Position numbers and translations under genes: made by a program. From Thermoplasmatota archaeon (GTDB taxonomy: Archaea; Thermoplasmatota; E2; DHVEG-1), in contig JAFGML010000039.1 of assembly GCA_016927555.1 (NCBI GenBank), positions 9,839 to 73,838 on the forward strand: a DNA stretch of 64,000 nt. Reading direction: 5' to 3'. Within the stretch, counting starts at the first letter, position 1. Every line of letters begins with the position of its first letter. Positions 39,603-50,399 of this stretch are shown piece by piece. Under the pieces are notes generated by a model, which saw only the letters and a program-made list of their open reading frames with translations, made no database searches and was not told the DNA's origin.

Positions 39603-40316
39603 ATGACCATCCGTAGACGGTTATTCATCATCGGGATGCTTGTCCTGGTTACTGCAATGGTAATGGCCACACAGTACGCCGTCACCCGACTTGGCTACGA
39701 CTACAACATCGTTCACCCCTCAGATGGGAACCTCCGTTTCATTGGATCAGACAATGCGTCTGATAACATCCGACTGCTACGCATCTCAGGAACGAACGGC
39801 ACCACAGCAGCACTCCGACTTGCTTTTGGAAACTTCAGCACCAATCAATCGTTCACCTACAGCGCAGCCTTTGGCATAGTCAATGAGGAACAATTCCCTG
39901 TGAACATCACGCACATCAATGTCATGTCTTCGAATTGGACGTACATGAAGATCTGGCTCCATGGTGATCGTGATGCTGATGCACACCTGAACACCACCGA
40001 TCCCAGTACTGTGTATATGTTCAATAATGGAACCGTTGTCAATGTCAGTAATACCACCGCCTGGATACTGGCCCCAGGGAATAACAACGCCAGCGACATG
40101 TGTAGCAATGTCTCTGATCGTGCCAACAACAGCTGTAACACCACCTGGGATGAGACCGCTCATGTGCGGTTCTCTAGGAACAACACCAACGCGGTCAGTA
40201 ATCTGTCTGACTACGTCTGGGTGCAAATCGAAATAGAAATTGAACAGGTGATTGACTACAGCGGTCAGCACACGGGGATCATCTACCTGTACTTCGAAGC
40301 TGAAACCCTGCCATAG
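39603..40316 (+). CDS. Secreted or membrane-anchored protein extremely rich in N-glycosylation sequons
   Basis: N-terminal hydrophobic segment LFIIGMLVLVTAMVMA. 16 N-x-S/T sequons in 237 aa (NAS, NGT, NFS, NQS, NIT, NWT, NTT, NGT, NVS, NTT, NAS, NVS, NNS, NTT, NNT, NLS). Confidence 0.55.
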   Translation: MTIRRRLFIIGMLVLVTAMVMATQYAVTRLGYDYNIVHPSDGNLRFIGSDNASDNIRLLRISGTNGTTAALRLAFGNFSTNQSFTYSAAFGIVNEEQFPVNITHINVMSSNWTYMKIWLHGDRDADAHLNTTDPSTVYMFNNGTVVNVSNTTAWILAPGNNNASDMCSNVSDRANNSCNTTWDETAHVRFSRNNTNAVSNLSDYVWVQIEIEIEQVIDYSGQHTGIIYLYFEAETLP

Positions 40317-40519
40317 GCCTCTCCGCCCCCCAAGTGTGTTTCTTTTTGTAGGAAGAGCTACCTGGTTGTAGTCGTGTCTATCTAGAGGCACTCTCCTTTT
40401 TTCATATAACAATATTAATATATTGAGCAAAAGAATATAATAACACAACAGATACGGGGCACCACCCTTCTCCTAATAAACACATAGGGAAAAGAAACCT
40501 TACACAACGAGAGACGACT

Positions 40520-43500
40520 ATGTTAGAACAACTCGGCAGAATCATTGAAAAACGACCGTGGGCGGTTGTCATCCTCATTCTCCTGATTACCATAGGGTTC
40601 TCTCTCAATCTTCCTTCCTTGAAATTTCAAACCAACTTTGAGGATTTCGCTCCAGAGAACGCTCAAGTGCAGGCAAACGACCGCGTTTTAGACTACTTTG
40701 GGATGAGCTACCAAACCGTCATCGTTTATCTCAAAAAGGAGCAGGCAACAAGCACGATAACCCCCCAAGTCGTACGAGACCAATATCAGTTGATTAAAAA
40801 CTTCATGGACATCCCAGAAGTCAACGCAAGCATCTCCCTGACCACGTTTGTCGACATCATCTGCCAAATGGAATTTAACAAAACCATAGATACGTGCACA
40901 GATGAGCAACTTCAGAGTGCAATTCATGATTTACTCACTGAACAGTCCTCAGAACGTGTTGCTCTGTTTCCTACGGATGATCCCAATGAACCCGTTGATT
41001 ATGCTCGTGGTCTCAGGACACAGTCAGTTGAGAGTGCGGACCTTAAGAACTGCTACCTTCAAAAAGACGCGACAACCTTTCACTTTTCCTTTGAAGTCTA
41101 TTCGCTGGAGGATATCACCACCCCGCTTACTCCCCCTTTCTCTCGCGTGAACGCGATGGAATGGTTCTTGGGGTTTGAAAACATCTTACTTCCTCCTGAA
41201 TACGCCATGAAGTATCAACTCGCTGTACGGATTCAACCAACGTCGCCTTCATGGGAACTTGGCCAAGGCCTCCTTGAGAATCTGCGGCACCTCCTGAAAG
41301 AACGACGAACCATTCGGAATTCCTATGCAGCTTCTGCGTACCTCTGGGTTCAGCCGCCTGGACAAGACCTCTCGTTTCCCCTGCCGCTGACCTCAGCGAA
41401 CGTTACGTTTGATTCCTCTCACAACACCATCACCGTTGCAGTGTCACGACACGAGCTTGCTACGTACGGGATAGCTCCTCGATATGGGTCCTTTGAACTC
41501 CCCGCGAAATTAAATAATTTTTCAGCAGGGGTCAGGTACTATTCAACTCCCCTGCTCCATCGTCCCGGCAGCCGTGTGGTGGTCAACACCAGCTTTCTCT
41601 TTGATCGCTTGGAACGATTGCTCAGTCGCCCTGTTCTTGGTGGCCTTGCGGCACGTCTGTTCGAGCGGTACGGGATTGCTGTGGATGATCTCTCCTCGTT
41701 TTCCGAGATGATGCACGGCACAGAAATGGAAGCGCCAACCTTCTCTCTTACCTCACTTGAACCGTTCTGGACGTTGACTGATGGTGTACCAGACTCAGGA
41801 GTCTCACCGACCATCTATGCTGTGTTGCCTCAGTTGTTCTCGGATTTACGAATCAATGCCCTCTCATTTATCTCATCAGACTATCCACAGACACACCAAC
41901 CGCAGTCCAGCATCATCATCGTGCAACTGCAGGTTGATACTTCTAATACGGAACTTCTCTCCAGAGTCAATGGGAACATCCAACGCACGATTGAGACCTT
42001 TGATACACAACACTCCAGCATCACCCTTGAAGCCACGGGTGAAGGGATTGTCACAACGCAAATCAACGATGTGACCATGGAGGCAAATACGATCATCGGT
42101 CCAATGATATTCATTCTCATCCTCGGCATCCTGTTTGTAGCGTTCAGAAAACCCTCCTACGTGTTCCTCCCTATCCTCGTGTTTGCGTTCTCCTGCATCT
42201 GGCTGTTTGGAACCATGGCCTTGCTTGGGATTTCATTTAGTGTGATTGCTGTTGCGTTGCTTCCCTTGAACATCGGGCTGGGTGTTGAGTACTCCGTGAA
42301 CATTTTGTACAACTACCGGTTGGAGATACGCAAAGGACGAACACCGGCAGACGCCATTCGCCTTTCTATAAAAGAAGTTGGGATTGCTATCTTCTTAGCC
42401 TGGTTCACCACGTTTGTGGCGTTCCTGTCGTTCCTCAGCGCGACCCTGCCGCCCGTACGAGACTTCGGGATTTTCCTAGCCCTGGGTATTACGTACACCT
42501 TTGTCATCACCATGACGTTTCTGGTGGCACTCCGCTACATTGTTGATCGTCGACAGCAGCACCTCAACACTACTCAGAAGAATCGCTCGTTTTCTATGGC
42601 AGCAACCATGGGGCGTGTCGCCCAGGTGTTGATGCGTCATGAGAAGAAAGTCTTCCTGGTGACCATCATCCTCTGCTTGGTCATGGGGACTGCAGTATCA
42701 CAGCTCAAATCAGGGTTCAGCATGACGCAGTTCATCCCTCAGGATAACCCTGCCGTCCGTCTGTTTTCAACCATAGAAGAGGAGTTCCCGTTCTCGAGTC
42801 AAGAGCAGGAGTACATCCTCATTGAGGGCAATGTTGCCACCGTGCAGGCGTTACAGGGCATCAAACAGACGCATGAGCAGTTGACTGATGATGTGTACGT
42901 TGCTCGAAAGACTGATCAGAGTCCAAAAGCTGAGAGCATCTTTACGATTATCCGTCAAGCAGTCGAGAATAATAACTCTCTTGTCTCCCGGTTTCAGATT
43001 GATGAGTCCACGGGTCTGCCAGCTACTGATGATGATGTCTATCGTCTCTACTCCTATCTCTACGAGAATGATGCCTATGCGATGCAGGTTCAAGGTGTGT
43101 TATCCAGGGACGGGACACTGTTTACTGCCACCATGATTCGCGTGTATATTGATTTACCCCTAGGTGTGGATGATGTCACAAAGGAGTTTGAAACGTTGAG
43201 TGCGGAGCTCAACGACGATCTGACAGACTACGGTGAGGCTGAGGCGATCGTCACTGGGACGACACTGATCACCTTGACGATACTGCAGAATATGACCGAA
43301 AGTCAGATTCTCTCCACCGCCATTTGTTTTATTCTGGCGGCCATCATGCTGTCGTTGATTTACCGCAATCCAGTACTAGGATTAATTGGTATGATTCCTG
43401 TGAGTATTTCTATTATCTGGGTGCTGGGTAGCATGTATTTCATCGGCTATTCCCTCAATATCTTGACGATCACGGTGACCAGTATTACGATTGGTGTGGG

Positions 43501-43864
43501 TATTGATTACTCCTGCTACATCACCTCGCGGTTCCGCCTGGTTGCTGACAAAACCGGGGATGTGAAGAAGGCAGTGACTGAGACGATCTCATGGACCGGG
43601 AGTGCGATTTCTATTGCTGCGCTTGCCTCCATGTGTGGGTTTGGGATTCTGGCGTTTGCTCCTATCCCGCCGCAGCAGCAGTTCGGCATCATTACCGCTA
43701 TCACCCTTATTTATGCTTTTATTAGTTCGATTCTCATCCTCCCCTTGGTATTAGCGCGGTGGGCGCTCTGGAGGAAGAAGAAAAGAGGCTACATCATCAG
43801 CCCTGGTGCCCCCAAAGCATTGGATGGGATTGCTGAGGATGCTGAATACTTTGAGGAACAGTAA
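40520..43864 (+). CDS. RND-superfamily exporter (MMPL/COG1033-like), 12 TM with two large extracytoplasmic loops
   Basis: 1114 aa. TM1 AVVILILLITIGFSL, a large loop, then a TM bundle at about residues 520-700 (GPMIFILILGILFVAF...), a second loop, and a second bundle at about 930-1090 (LAAIMLSLIY..., VTSITIGVGIDYSCY). Confidence 0.72.
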   Translation: MLEQLGRIIEKRPWAVVILILLITIGFSLNLPSLKFQTNFEDFAPENAQVQANDRVLDYFGMSYQTVIVYLKKEQATSTITPQVVRDQYQLIKNFMDIPEVNASISLTTFVDIICQMEFNKTIDTCTDEQLQSAIHDLLTEQSSERVALFPTDDPNEPVDYARGLRTQSVESADLKNCYLQKDATTFHFSFEVYSLEDITTPLTPPFSRVNAMEWFLGFENILLPPEYAMKYQLAVRIQPTSPSWELGQGLLENLRHLLKERRTIRNSYAASAYLWVQPPGQDLSFPLPLTSANVTFDSSHNTITVAVSRHELATYGIAPRYGSFELPAKLNNFSAGVRYYSTPLLHRPGSRVVVNTSFLFDRLERLLSRPVLGGLAARLFERYGIAVDDLSSFSEMMHGTEMEAPTFSLTSLEPFWTLTDGVPDSGVSPTIYAVLPQLFSDLRINALSFISSDYPQTHQPQSSIIIVQLQVDTSNTELLSRVNGNIQRTIETFDTQHSSITLEATGEGIVTTQINDVTMEANTIIGPMIFILILGILFVAFRKPSYVFLPILVFAFSCIWLFGTMALLGISFSVIAVALLPLNIGLGVEYSVNILYNYRLEIRKGRTPADAIRLSIKEVGIAIFLAWFTTFVAFLSFLSATLPPVRDFGIFLALGITYTFVITMTFLVALRYIVDRRQQHLNTTQKNRSFSMAATMGRVAQVLMRHEKKVFLVTIILCLVMGTAVSQLKSGFSMTQFIPQDNPAVRLFSTIEEEFPFSSQEQEYILIEGNVATVQALQGIKQTHEQLTDDVYVARKTDQSPKAESIFTIIRQAVENNNSLVSRFQIDESTGLPATDDDVYRLYSYLYENDAYAMQVQGVLSRDGTLFTATMIRVYIDLPLGVDDVTKEFETLSAELNDDLTDYGEAEAIVTGTTLITLTILQNMTESQILSTAICFILAAIMLSLIYRNPVLGLIGMIPVSISIIWVLGSMYFIGYSLNILTITVTSITIGVGIDYSCYITSRFRLVADKTGDVKKAVTETISWTGSAISIAALASMCGFGILAFAPIPPQQQFGIITAITLIYAFISSILILPLVLARWALWRKKKRGYIISPGAPKALDGIAEDAEYFEEQ

Positions 43865-43921
43865 AGTTTCTATAGGCTAGCAGGATACCTGTGGAATAAG
43901 ACAATTTCAGGGTGTAGTGGT

Positions 43922-44908
43922 ATGCCACAGACGCGGATGAAAAAAATCCTGGTGACAGGTGCTGTTGGGCAGATTGGATCAGAGCTCACCATGCTGTTAC
44001 GAAAGAAGTACGGCAATGAGAATGTGCTTGCGACAGGAAGAAAAACCAAGCCGAGTGAGGAGCTGTTGAACTCTGGTCCTTTTGAGTACATTGATATTTC
44101 AAAACGTGAGACGATTGAAAAAGTCGTCACTGACTATGACATTGATACCATGTATAACATGGCTGCGATTCTGTCTGCGGTAGGAGAAGAAAAACCGTTG
44201 TTGTGTTGGGATGTGAACATCAACGGGTTGTACAACTGCTTAGAGGTGGCTCGTGAGCATAGCATGGTGCGTGTGTTTGTCCCCAGTTCTATAGCTGTGT
44301 TTGGCCCTGAAACCCCGAGGGATAACACGCCGCAGGAGACGATTCTGCGTCCGAAAACTATGTACGGGGTGACCAAGGTTGCTGGAGAGCTGCTTGGTGA
44401 TTACTACGTGAAGCGCTTCAACCTGGATGTGCGAGGGTTGCGCTACCCAGGCATCATCAGCAGTGAGACGCTGCCTGGTGGGGGGACGACTGACTATGCG
44501 GTTGAGATCTTCTACAAGGCGATCACCGAGAAGAAGTACACATGTTTTGTCCGTGGGGATACGGTGTTGCCGATGATGTACATGCCTGATTGTTTGAAAG
44601 GAACATTGGATTTGATGGACGCTGATGTGCTCAACTTGAAGCATCACTGTGATTTTAACATTGGGTCCATGAGTTTTTCTGCTGAGGAGCTGGCGACAGA
44701 GATTCAGAAGCACATCCCGGAGTTCACCTGTGAGTACAGACCTGATTTCCGTCAGGCGATCGCTGATTCCTGGCCTCGGTCCCTTGATGATCGTGCTGCG
44801 CGTAAGGAGTGGGGGTGGAAACCGCGGTATGGTCTTGCGGAAATGACGAAAGATATGCTGCAGAAGCTGCAGAAGCGACATGAAGAAGGCAGTCTGCTAG
44901 TGTCCTAG
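43922..44908 (+). CDS. Extended-SDR NAD-dependent epimerase/dehydratase-fold enzyme, L-threonine 3-dehydrogenase-like
   Basis: ILVTGAVGQIGSEL (GxxGxxG), catalytic YGVTK (YxxxK). Length of 328 aa and overall layout match the short-chain-type TDH family. Confidence 0.65.
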   Translation: MPQTRMKKILVTGAVGQIGSELTMLLRKKYGNENVLATGRKTKPSEELLNSGPFEYIDISKRETIEKVVTDYDIDTMYNMAAILSAVGEEKPLLCWDVNINGLYNCLEVAREHSMVRVFVPSSIAVFGPETPRDNTPQETILRPKTMYGVTKVAGELLGDYYVKRFNLDVRGLRYPGIISSETLPGGGTTDYAVEIFYKAITEKKYTCFVRGDTVLPMMYMPDCLKGTLDLMDADVLNLKHHCDFNIGSMSFSAEELATEIQKHIPEFTCEYRPDFRQAIADSWPRSLDDRAARKEWGWKPRYGLAEMTKDMLQKLQKRHEEGSLLVS

Positions 44909-44983
44909 GTTCCTCCTTTTTTCTTGGTAGAAAGTTTTATGTGCTACAGAGTATTCAGGAGTGTGTTCTGAGGTGAAGGTACC

Positions 44984-46090
44984 GTGTCACAGCTTGAGGA
45001 AGCAGGAGTGGTTATGAAAGGAAATCTTGAGACCATTAAAGGGTATTTGGGTGCTGAGTCTGACTTGCTGTTGAAGCATACGTGTACGAAAATACCTAAG
45101 GAATCCTTGCATACGCCAGGACCAGAGTTCGTTGATGAGGTGTTTGTCCATTCCGATAGGAATAGTCAGGTGCTGCGGAACCTGAAGGCGTTGTACACCC
45201 ATGGGCGGTTAGCTGGCACCGGGTACTTATCTGTGTTACCCGTGGATCAGGGGATTGAGCATTCCGCGGTCGCGTCGTTTGCTCCTAATCCAATGTACTT
45301 TGATCCTGAGAACATTGTGAAGCTGGCGGTCAGCGGCGGGTGTAACGCTGTTGCTTCGACGTTGGGTGTGCTTGGTGCGGTGTCACGGAAGTACGCGCAT
45401 AAGATCCCGTTCATTGTGAAGCTTAACCATAATGAGTTGCTCACGTATCCGAATAGTTTTGATCAGATCATGTTTGCTGGTGTGGACCAGGCGTGGGAGA
45501 TGGGTGCTGCTGCGGTTGGGTGTACGATTTACTTTGGTTCGAAGGAGTCGACACGGCAGATCCAGGAGGTCAGCCAGGCGTTCCGCTATGCCCATGAGCT
45601 GGGGATGGCGACGATTCTGTGGTGTTACCTGCGCAACTCAGCGTTCAAAGCGGATGGCAAGGATTACCACACTGCTGCTGATCTCACGGGTCAGGCCAAC
45701 CACCTCGGGGTGACCATTGAAGCAGATATTGTGAAGCAGAAGCTTCCTGAGCTGACTGGTGGGTATCTTGCGTTGAACAAGGGTGGTGTGAAGTACGGGA
45801 AGTACAGTGAGAAAGCGTACACGGAGCTGTCGTCTGATCATCCGATTGATCTGACGCGGTATCAGGTCGCGAACTGTTATATGGGGCGTGTCGGGTTGAT
45901 TAACTCTGGTGGTGCGTCTGGGAAGGATGATCTCGCGCAAGCGGTGCGGACGGCAGTGATCAATAAACGGGCTGGTGGCTGTGGCCTGATCTCTGGGAGA
46001 AAAGCGTTTCAGAAGCCGTTTGAGGAGGGTGTGAAGCTGTTGCATGCGATCCAGGATGTGTACTTGTGTAAGGAGGTTACGATCGCGTAA
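44984..46090 (+). CDS. fbaB: Class I fructose-bisphosphate aldolase, long DhnA/FbaB type
   Basis: 368 aa. Blocks [30 protein letters not shown] (Schiff-base Lys region), [25 protein letters not shown] and VINKRAGG closely recall enterobacterial FbaB. Confidence 0.85.
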   Translation: MSQLEEAGVVMKGNLETIKGYLGAESDLLLKHTCTKIPKESLHTPGPEFVDEVFVHSDRNSQVLRNLKALYTHGRLAGTGYLSVLPVDQGIEHSAVASFAPNPMYFDPENIVKLAVSGGCNAVASTLGVLGAVSRKYAHKIPFIVKLNHNELLTYPNSFDQIMFAGVDQAWEMGAAAVGCTIYFGSKESTRQIQEVSQAFRYAHELGMATILWCYLRNSAFKADGKDYHTAADLTGQANHLGVTIEADIVKQKLPELTGGYLALNKGGVKYGKYSEKAYTELSSDHPIDLTRYQVANCYMGRVGLINSGGASGKDDLAQAVRTAVINKRAGGCGLISGRKAFQKPFEEGVKLLHAIQDVYLCKEVTIA

Positions 46091-46107
46091 TTTTTTTTTT
46101 TTTTTTT
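46091..46107 (+). terminator. 17-nt uninterrupted T-run immediately after the fbaB stop codon
   Basis: gcgtaa then T17. It overlaps the stop codon region of the convergent gene 46106..46642, where it reads as an A-run for that gene. Confidence 0.6.
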
Positions 46108-46642
46108 AATAGATGAGTACTGCTTTGACTCCTTTTGCAGCTTTTATTCTTGGGAGAAGAGTACCGGGAAGTTGCGTTTCAGTGATGATGAACAGCCGTG
46201 GTTCTTCGGTGAATTCAAAGTCATCGACAATGGCTTGTCTGATGCTGATGTGATGCTTGGCGATGATCGTGGCCACATCAGCAAGGATGCCTGGTGTGCT
46301 AGGGTCTGTCGGGATGATTTCAATGACCCCCCAGTGCAGGTGAGAGGCAACTTCTTTGAGGTGGCAGGTGGGGGTGAGGTGAGAGAAGATGTTAAAAAGT
46401 TCAGGTTCATTTCTGATGATATCTCGAGTAGCGGTCACCGCGCGTCTGTCCACATCGAACGCTCGTGCGATCTTGGAGTCTGAGAGTTCTATGGTGCCGC
46501 AGGCGAAGCTGTTGTGTGCGATGCGTACGCCGTATTCGAGGAGTTTTTGTGCGATTTTTTTCCGCTGGGGATACACCGTGAAGTAGTGTTCTATTTGTTT
46601 CCACATGGTACAGAAGAGTACATTGATGGTATATAAATGCAC
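46106..46642 (-). CDS. ACT-domain regulatory protein (COG2150-like predicted regulator of amino-acid metabolism)
   Basis: 178 aa. N-terminal HTH-like KIAQKLLEYGVRIAHNSFAC. C-terminal ACT-like IIPTDPSTPGILADVATIIAKHHISIRQAIV. Confidence 0.55.
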   Translation of the reverse strand: MHLYTINVLFCTMWKQIEHYFTVYPQRKKIAQKLLEYGVRIAHNSFACGTIELSDSKIARAFDVDRRAVTATRDIIRNEPELFNIFSHLTPTCHLKEVASHLHWGVIEIIPTDPSTPGILADVATIIAKHHISIRQAIVDDFEFTEEPRLFIITETQLPGTLLPRIKAAKGVKAVLIY

Positions 46643-46691
46643 TGTGTTTTTCTTAGTTTTTCCTCCAAATAATGTATAAAATTATACATCA

Positions 46692-48083
46692 ATGTACAAT
46701 TTTAGAAAATTTTATATAGGTACAACACCCATATACAAGAGTATGAAGCACACAAAAATCATCCTTGACGAAAACGACATCCCGAAACACTGGTACAACA
46801 TCCAAGCAGATCTCAAAACACCCCTCGACCCACCACTCCATCCACAAACAAAACAACCTATCACACCTGATGACCTCAAAGCCATCTTCCCCCTCGAACT
46901 CATCAAACAAGAAGTCAGCAGACAACGCTACATCCCCATCCCACCAGCAGTACGAGACATCTATCGCCTCTGGAGACCAACCCCGTTGTACCGAGCACGA
47001 CGACTCGAAGCTACACTCAAGACACCAGCAGAAATCTACTACAAATGGGAAGGCACCAGCCCACCAGGCAGCCACAAACCCAACTCCGCAGTCGCTCAAG
47101 CCTACTACAACAGACAAGCAGGCAAAGAGCGCCTCGTCACAGAAACAGGTGCAGGACAATGGGGCTCAGCACTTGCGTTCAGCACCCATCTGTTTGGTCT
47201 CCAATGCCGCGTCTACATGGTCAAATGCAGCTACGAGCAAAAACCCTATCGACGTGTACTCATGGAAACTTGGGGAGCAGAAGTCTACCCTAGTCCAACC
47301 ACACTCACCAACGCAGGACGAGAGATCCTCAAAAAAGACCCCCAGACCACAGGAAGCCTAGGCATAGCTATCAGCGAAGCAGTCGAAGACGCAGCCACCC
47401 ATGACAACACCAACTACGCACTAGGCTCAGTCCTCAACCACGTGGTGCTCCATCAGACCGTGATAGGTCTTGAAATGAAACAACAGTTCAAACTCCTAGG
47501 AAAATACCCTGATATTCTCTGCGGCTGTGTCGGCGGCGGCAGCAACTTCTCAGGCTCCTGCTTCCCCTTCATTCAAGACAAAATCAACAAAAAACACCCT
47601 GACCTCAAGGTTATTTCCGTTGAACCCCTCGCCTGCCCAACACTCACCCAAGGTGACTACCGCTACGACTACGGGGACAGTGTTGGGCTGACCCCCCTCC
47701 TCAAAATGTACACCCTCGGTCACGACTTTGTTCCCCCGGCAATCCACGCAGGAGGATTACGCTACCACGGAGACTCACCACTGCTCTCCAAACTCACCAA
47801 AGAAGGCTACATGGAAGCACTCGCGTATACCCAGCAAGAAGTCTTTGAAGCAGCAGTGCTGTTCGCCCGCACAGAAGGATTCCTGGTTGCCCCTGAGTCA
47901 GCACACGCTATCCGGGCAGTCATCGATTACGCACGCATCTGTAAACAGAAAAAAGAGAAGAAGATCATTGTGTTCACAAACAGCGGCCATGGGCATTTCG
48001 ACCTCGCGGCCTACGACGCCTACCTGAATAAGAAGATCCCCAACGGAGAGTATAAAAAACAGATCAACACCATTGCAGTATAA
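46692..48083 (+). CDS. trpB2: Tryptophan synthase beta-like protein, TrpB2 subfamily
   Basis: 463 aa, long TrpB2 form. PLP-lysine context [20 protein letters not shown] glycine loop [12 protein letters not shown]. Confidence 0.88.
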   Translation: MYNFRKFYIGTTPIYKSMKHTKIILDENDIPKHWYNIQADLKTPLDPPLHPQTKQPITPDDLKAIFPLELIKQEVSRQRYIPIPPAVRDIYRLWRPTPLYRARRLEATLKTPAEIYYKWEGTSPPGSHKPNSAVAQAYYNRQAGKERLVTETGAGQWGSALAFSTHLFGLQCRVYMVKCSYEQKPYRRVLMETWGAEVYPSPTTLTNAGREILKKDPQTTGSLGIAISEAVEDAATHDNTNYALGSVLNHVVLHQTVIGLEMKQQFKLLGKYPDILCGCVGGGSNFSGSCFPFIQDKINKKHPDLKVISVEPLACPTLTQGDYRYDYGDSVGLTPLLKMYTLGHDFVPPAIHAGGLRYHGDSPLLSKLTKEGYMEALAYTQQEVFEAAVLFARTEGFLVAPESAHAIRAVIDYARICKQKKEKKIIVFTNSGHGHFDLAAYDAYLNKKIPNGEYKKQINTIAV

Positions 48084-48212
48084 ACAACTGTGTTCCCTCT
48101 TCTTTTTCTTTCTTCCCTAGTACTGTACGATATCTTTTTATATCACCGGAGTTCTTAAGAGAGGGGAGTTGATATCCCCCTGAGGATTCAACCATTTCTT
48201 GGGGTAGGAACC

Positions 48213-49214
48213 ATGAAAACACTAGATATCACAAAACTCAGACACGGCACTGACCTCGTGAAACGAGGATTTGCGAAAATGCAGAAAGGTGGTGTCATCA
48301 TGGATGTCACCACTGCAGACCAAGCGAAAATCGCAGAGAAGAGCGGGGCAGTCGCAGTCATGGCCCTCGAACGTGTCCCTGCAGATATCCGTGCCCATGG
48401 CGGCGTCGCACGCATGGCTGATCCTACCATCATCAAAGAGATTATTGACACGGTGAGCATCCCGGTGATGGCAAAAGCACGCATCGGGCATTTCGTCGAG
48501 GCTCAAGCACTCGAAGCCCTCGGGGTGGACATGATCGATGAGTCAGAGGTACTTACCCCAGCAGACCCTTTCTACCATATCGACAAGCGCACATTCACCA
48601 TCCCGTTTGTCTGCGGATGCCGCAACCTTAGCGAGGCAACACGACGTATCTTCGAGGGAGCAGCCATGATTCGGACAAAAGGAGAAGCAGGCACCGGCAA
48701 TATCATCGAAGCGGTCCGCCATCAACACATGGTCACGACCATGATTGCATCTTTACAACCGATGCAGAATGTACAATTACAGAAAGTAGCGGCAGAGTAT
48801 GCTCAAAGCTATGTGACGTCATACAAAACCCTCACGAATCAAAATGTACAACAAAAAACACAGGTATTTGCCGATTCAACATACGCCATGGTGAAAAAAG
48901 AGGTGTATGAAATTTTAAAGGAAATAAAAAAGTTGCAACGTCTCCCTGTGGTCAATTTTGCTGCAGGTGGGATTGCGACACCAGCGGATGCAGCTCTTAT
49001 GATGCAGATGGGCAGCGACGGGGTGTTCGTCGGCTCTGGTATCTTTAAATCAAAGAACCCGCAGCAGCGCGCCAAAGCAATCGTTGAGGCCGTCGCCCAT
49101 TACGACGATGCAAAGATAATCGCTGAGGTGAGTAAAAACCTGGGTGAGGCGATGCTTGGTCTTGACATTGGCACGATTCCCAAAGAGCAACTGCTCGCTG
49201 AACGAGGCTGGTAA
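48213..49214 (+). CDS. pdxS: Pyridoxal 5'-phosphate synthase, lyase subunit
   Basis: [16 protein letters not shown]...[20 protein letters not shown] is the canonical PdxS N-terminus. 333 aa with an archaeal-type insertion. Confidence 0.93.
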   Translation: MKTLDITKLRHGTDLVKRGFAKMQKGGVIMDVTTADQAKIAEKSGAVAVMALERVPADIRAHGGVARMADPTIIKEIIDTVSIPVMAKARIGHFVEAQALEALGVDMIDESEVLTPADPFYHIDKRTFTIPFVCGCRNLSEATRRIFEGAAMIRTKGEAGTGNIIEAVRHQHMVTTMIASLQPMQNVQLQKVAAEYAQSYVTSYKTLTNQNVQQKTQVFADSTYAMVKKEVYEILKEIKKLQRLPVVNFAAGGIATPADAALMMQMGSDGVFVGSGIFKSKNPQQRAKAIVEAVAHYDDAKIIAEVSKNLGEAMLGLDIGTIPKEQLLAERGW

Positions 49215-49234
49215 CAATACTCACCATTGGAGTC

Positions 49235-49807
49235 GTGTCCCTGCAGGGGGCTGTCTCAGAACACCTGATGTGCATGACCCAGGCGTTACGACGGGACCAT
49301 CGGTCCGGGAAGGTTGTTTCTGTTCGACAGCCACAGGATATGAAGGCGTGTGATGCCTTGATTATCCCTGGTGGGGAGAGCACAACGATTTCTCGGATTT
49401 TAGTCAATGCAGGACTCCATCAGGCTATTAAGAAGCGAATGGAGCAGAACGATATCGCTCTGATGGGGACTTGTGCGGGATGCGCGTTGCTTGCAACAGA
49501 GCTATCGGACACCAAAGGAGATGTCCAGCTCCTGAGAGCAATGGAGATGCAGGTGCAGCGCAATGCCTTCGGACGACAAAAAGAATCCTTTGAACGATTT
49601 ATTGACATCACTGGGTTTGACGCGCCGTTTCACGCGGTGTTCATCCGCGCACCTGTTATTACAAAAGTCTGGGGCTCCTGTAAAATATTAGCACAGGTTG
49701 ATAAAAAAATTGTGATGGCCAGGCAGGGCAGCTACCTAGCCTTGTCGTTCCACCCTGAGCTCACCAACGACCTCAGAGTTCATGAACTGTTTTTGCAGAT
49801 GGTGTAA
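49235..49807 (+). CDS. pdxT: Pyridoxal 5'-phosphate synthase, glutaminase subunit
   Basis: Class I glutamine amidotransferase. Catalytic Cys in GTCAGCALL, His/Glu in LSFHPEL. Confidence 0.9.
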   Translation: MSLQGAVSEHLMCMTQALRRDHRSGKVVSVRQPQDMKACDALIIPGGESTTISRILVNAGLHQAIKKRMEQNDIALMGTCAGCALLATELSDTKGDVQLLRAMEMQVQRNAFGRQKESFERFIDITGFDAPFHAVFIRAPVITKVWGSCKILAQVDKKIVMARQGSYLALSFHPELTNDLRVHELFLQMV

Positions 49808-49809
49808 CT

Positions 49810-50130
49810 CTACGCCTTCATGATTGCAAGCAGGAAGATCCCTAGTGCGATCAATGCTCCAACAACCGCACCAACGACGGCGACAACACCGTTAATCACC
49901 GTGCCGGTGAACTGGAGGATCTCCAGTGGAGGCATGCCCATGAAGCTGCTAAGCACATTGGCGCCCCAGAGGAAAATGACGCCGACGAGTAACCCAATGA
50001 TAATCAGGATTGCTCCGACTGCTCTGCTTTTCCCAGACCCAAAGTAGGCGGTAAAGATTCCTGCGATGATACTTGCGATGGCAAACACCAGCGTCATCAT
50101 GCTTAGAAAATATTGTGCTAATCCTTCCAT
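49810..50130 (-). CDS. Small Gly/Ala-rich membrane protein (3 TM)
   Basis: 106-aa hydrophobic ORF with glycine-zipper-like repeats (GVVAVVGAVVGALIALG). Confidence 0.35.
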   Translation of the reverse strand: MEGLAQYFLSMMTLVFAIASIIAGIFTAYFGSGKSRAVGAILIIIGLLVGVIFLWGANVLSSFMGMPPLEILQFTGTVINGVVAVVGAVVGALIALGIFLLAIMKA

Positions 50131-50144
50131 TTTTTTTCAACTCC

Positions 50145-50399
50145 TTAAAATTTTGTTCCCGTGAGTGTTTTTGTATCAATCACTCCTTCAATAGACCGTA
50201 TCTTATTGACCACGATGTCCCCAAGGCTTTCGAAGTCATCTGCTTCGATTTTAGCGATGAGATCATATTCTCCAAAGAGTGGATGGAGTTCGATGATCTG
50301 AGGTACCTTGGAGAGCTTGTTGTAGACTTCATGTTCATGTGCGGGTGCAGCACTTATCAGGACAAAGCCTATTGCCATAAAGGTTACCTTCCTCGCCAC
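50145..50399 (-). CDS. Stand-alone Lrp/AsnC-type RAM (ligand-binding) domain protein
   Basis: 84 aa. VYNKLSKVPQIIELHPLFGEYDLIAKIEADDFESLGDIV matches the AsnC C-terminal fold pattern. No HTH. Confidence 0.6.
   Translation of the reverse strand: MARKVTFMAIGFVLISAAPAHEHEVYNKLSKVPQIIELHPLFGEYDLIAKIEADDFESLGDIVVNKIRSIEGVIDTKTLTGTKF

Noticed and set aside
44984-46090. Whether the bacterial-like fbaB implies the contig is bacterial or chimeric
   Set aside because: Flanking genes (LonB with TM insertion, class I CCA enzyme, GGR, NadM, archaeal-type PdxS) and the promoter and terminator style are uniformly archaeal. A single acquired gene is the simpler explanation.
46765-47361. 198-aa ORF overlapping trpB2 in another frame
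   Set aside because: Pro/Ser/Thr/Gln-rich low-complexity product. The trpB2 frame has the PLP-lysine and Gly-loop motifs.
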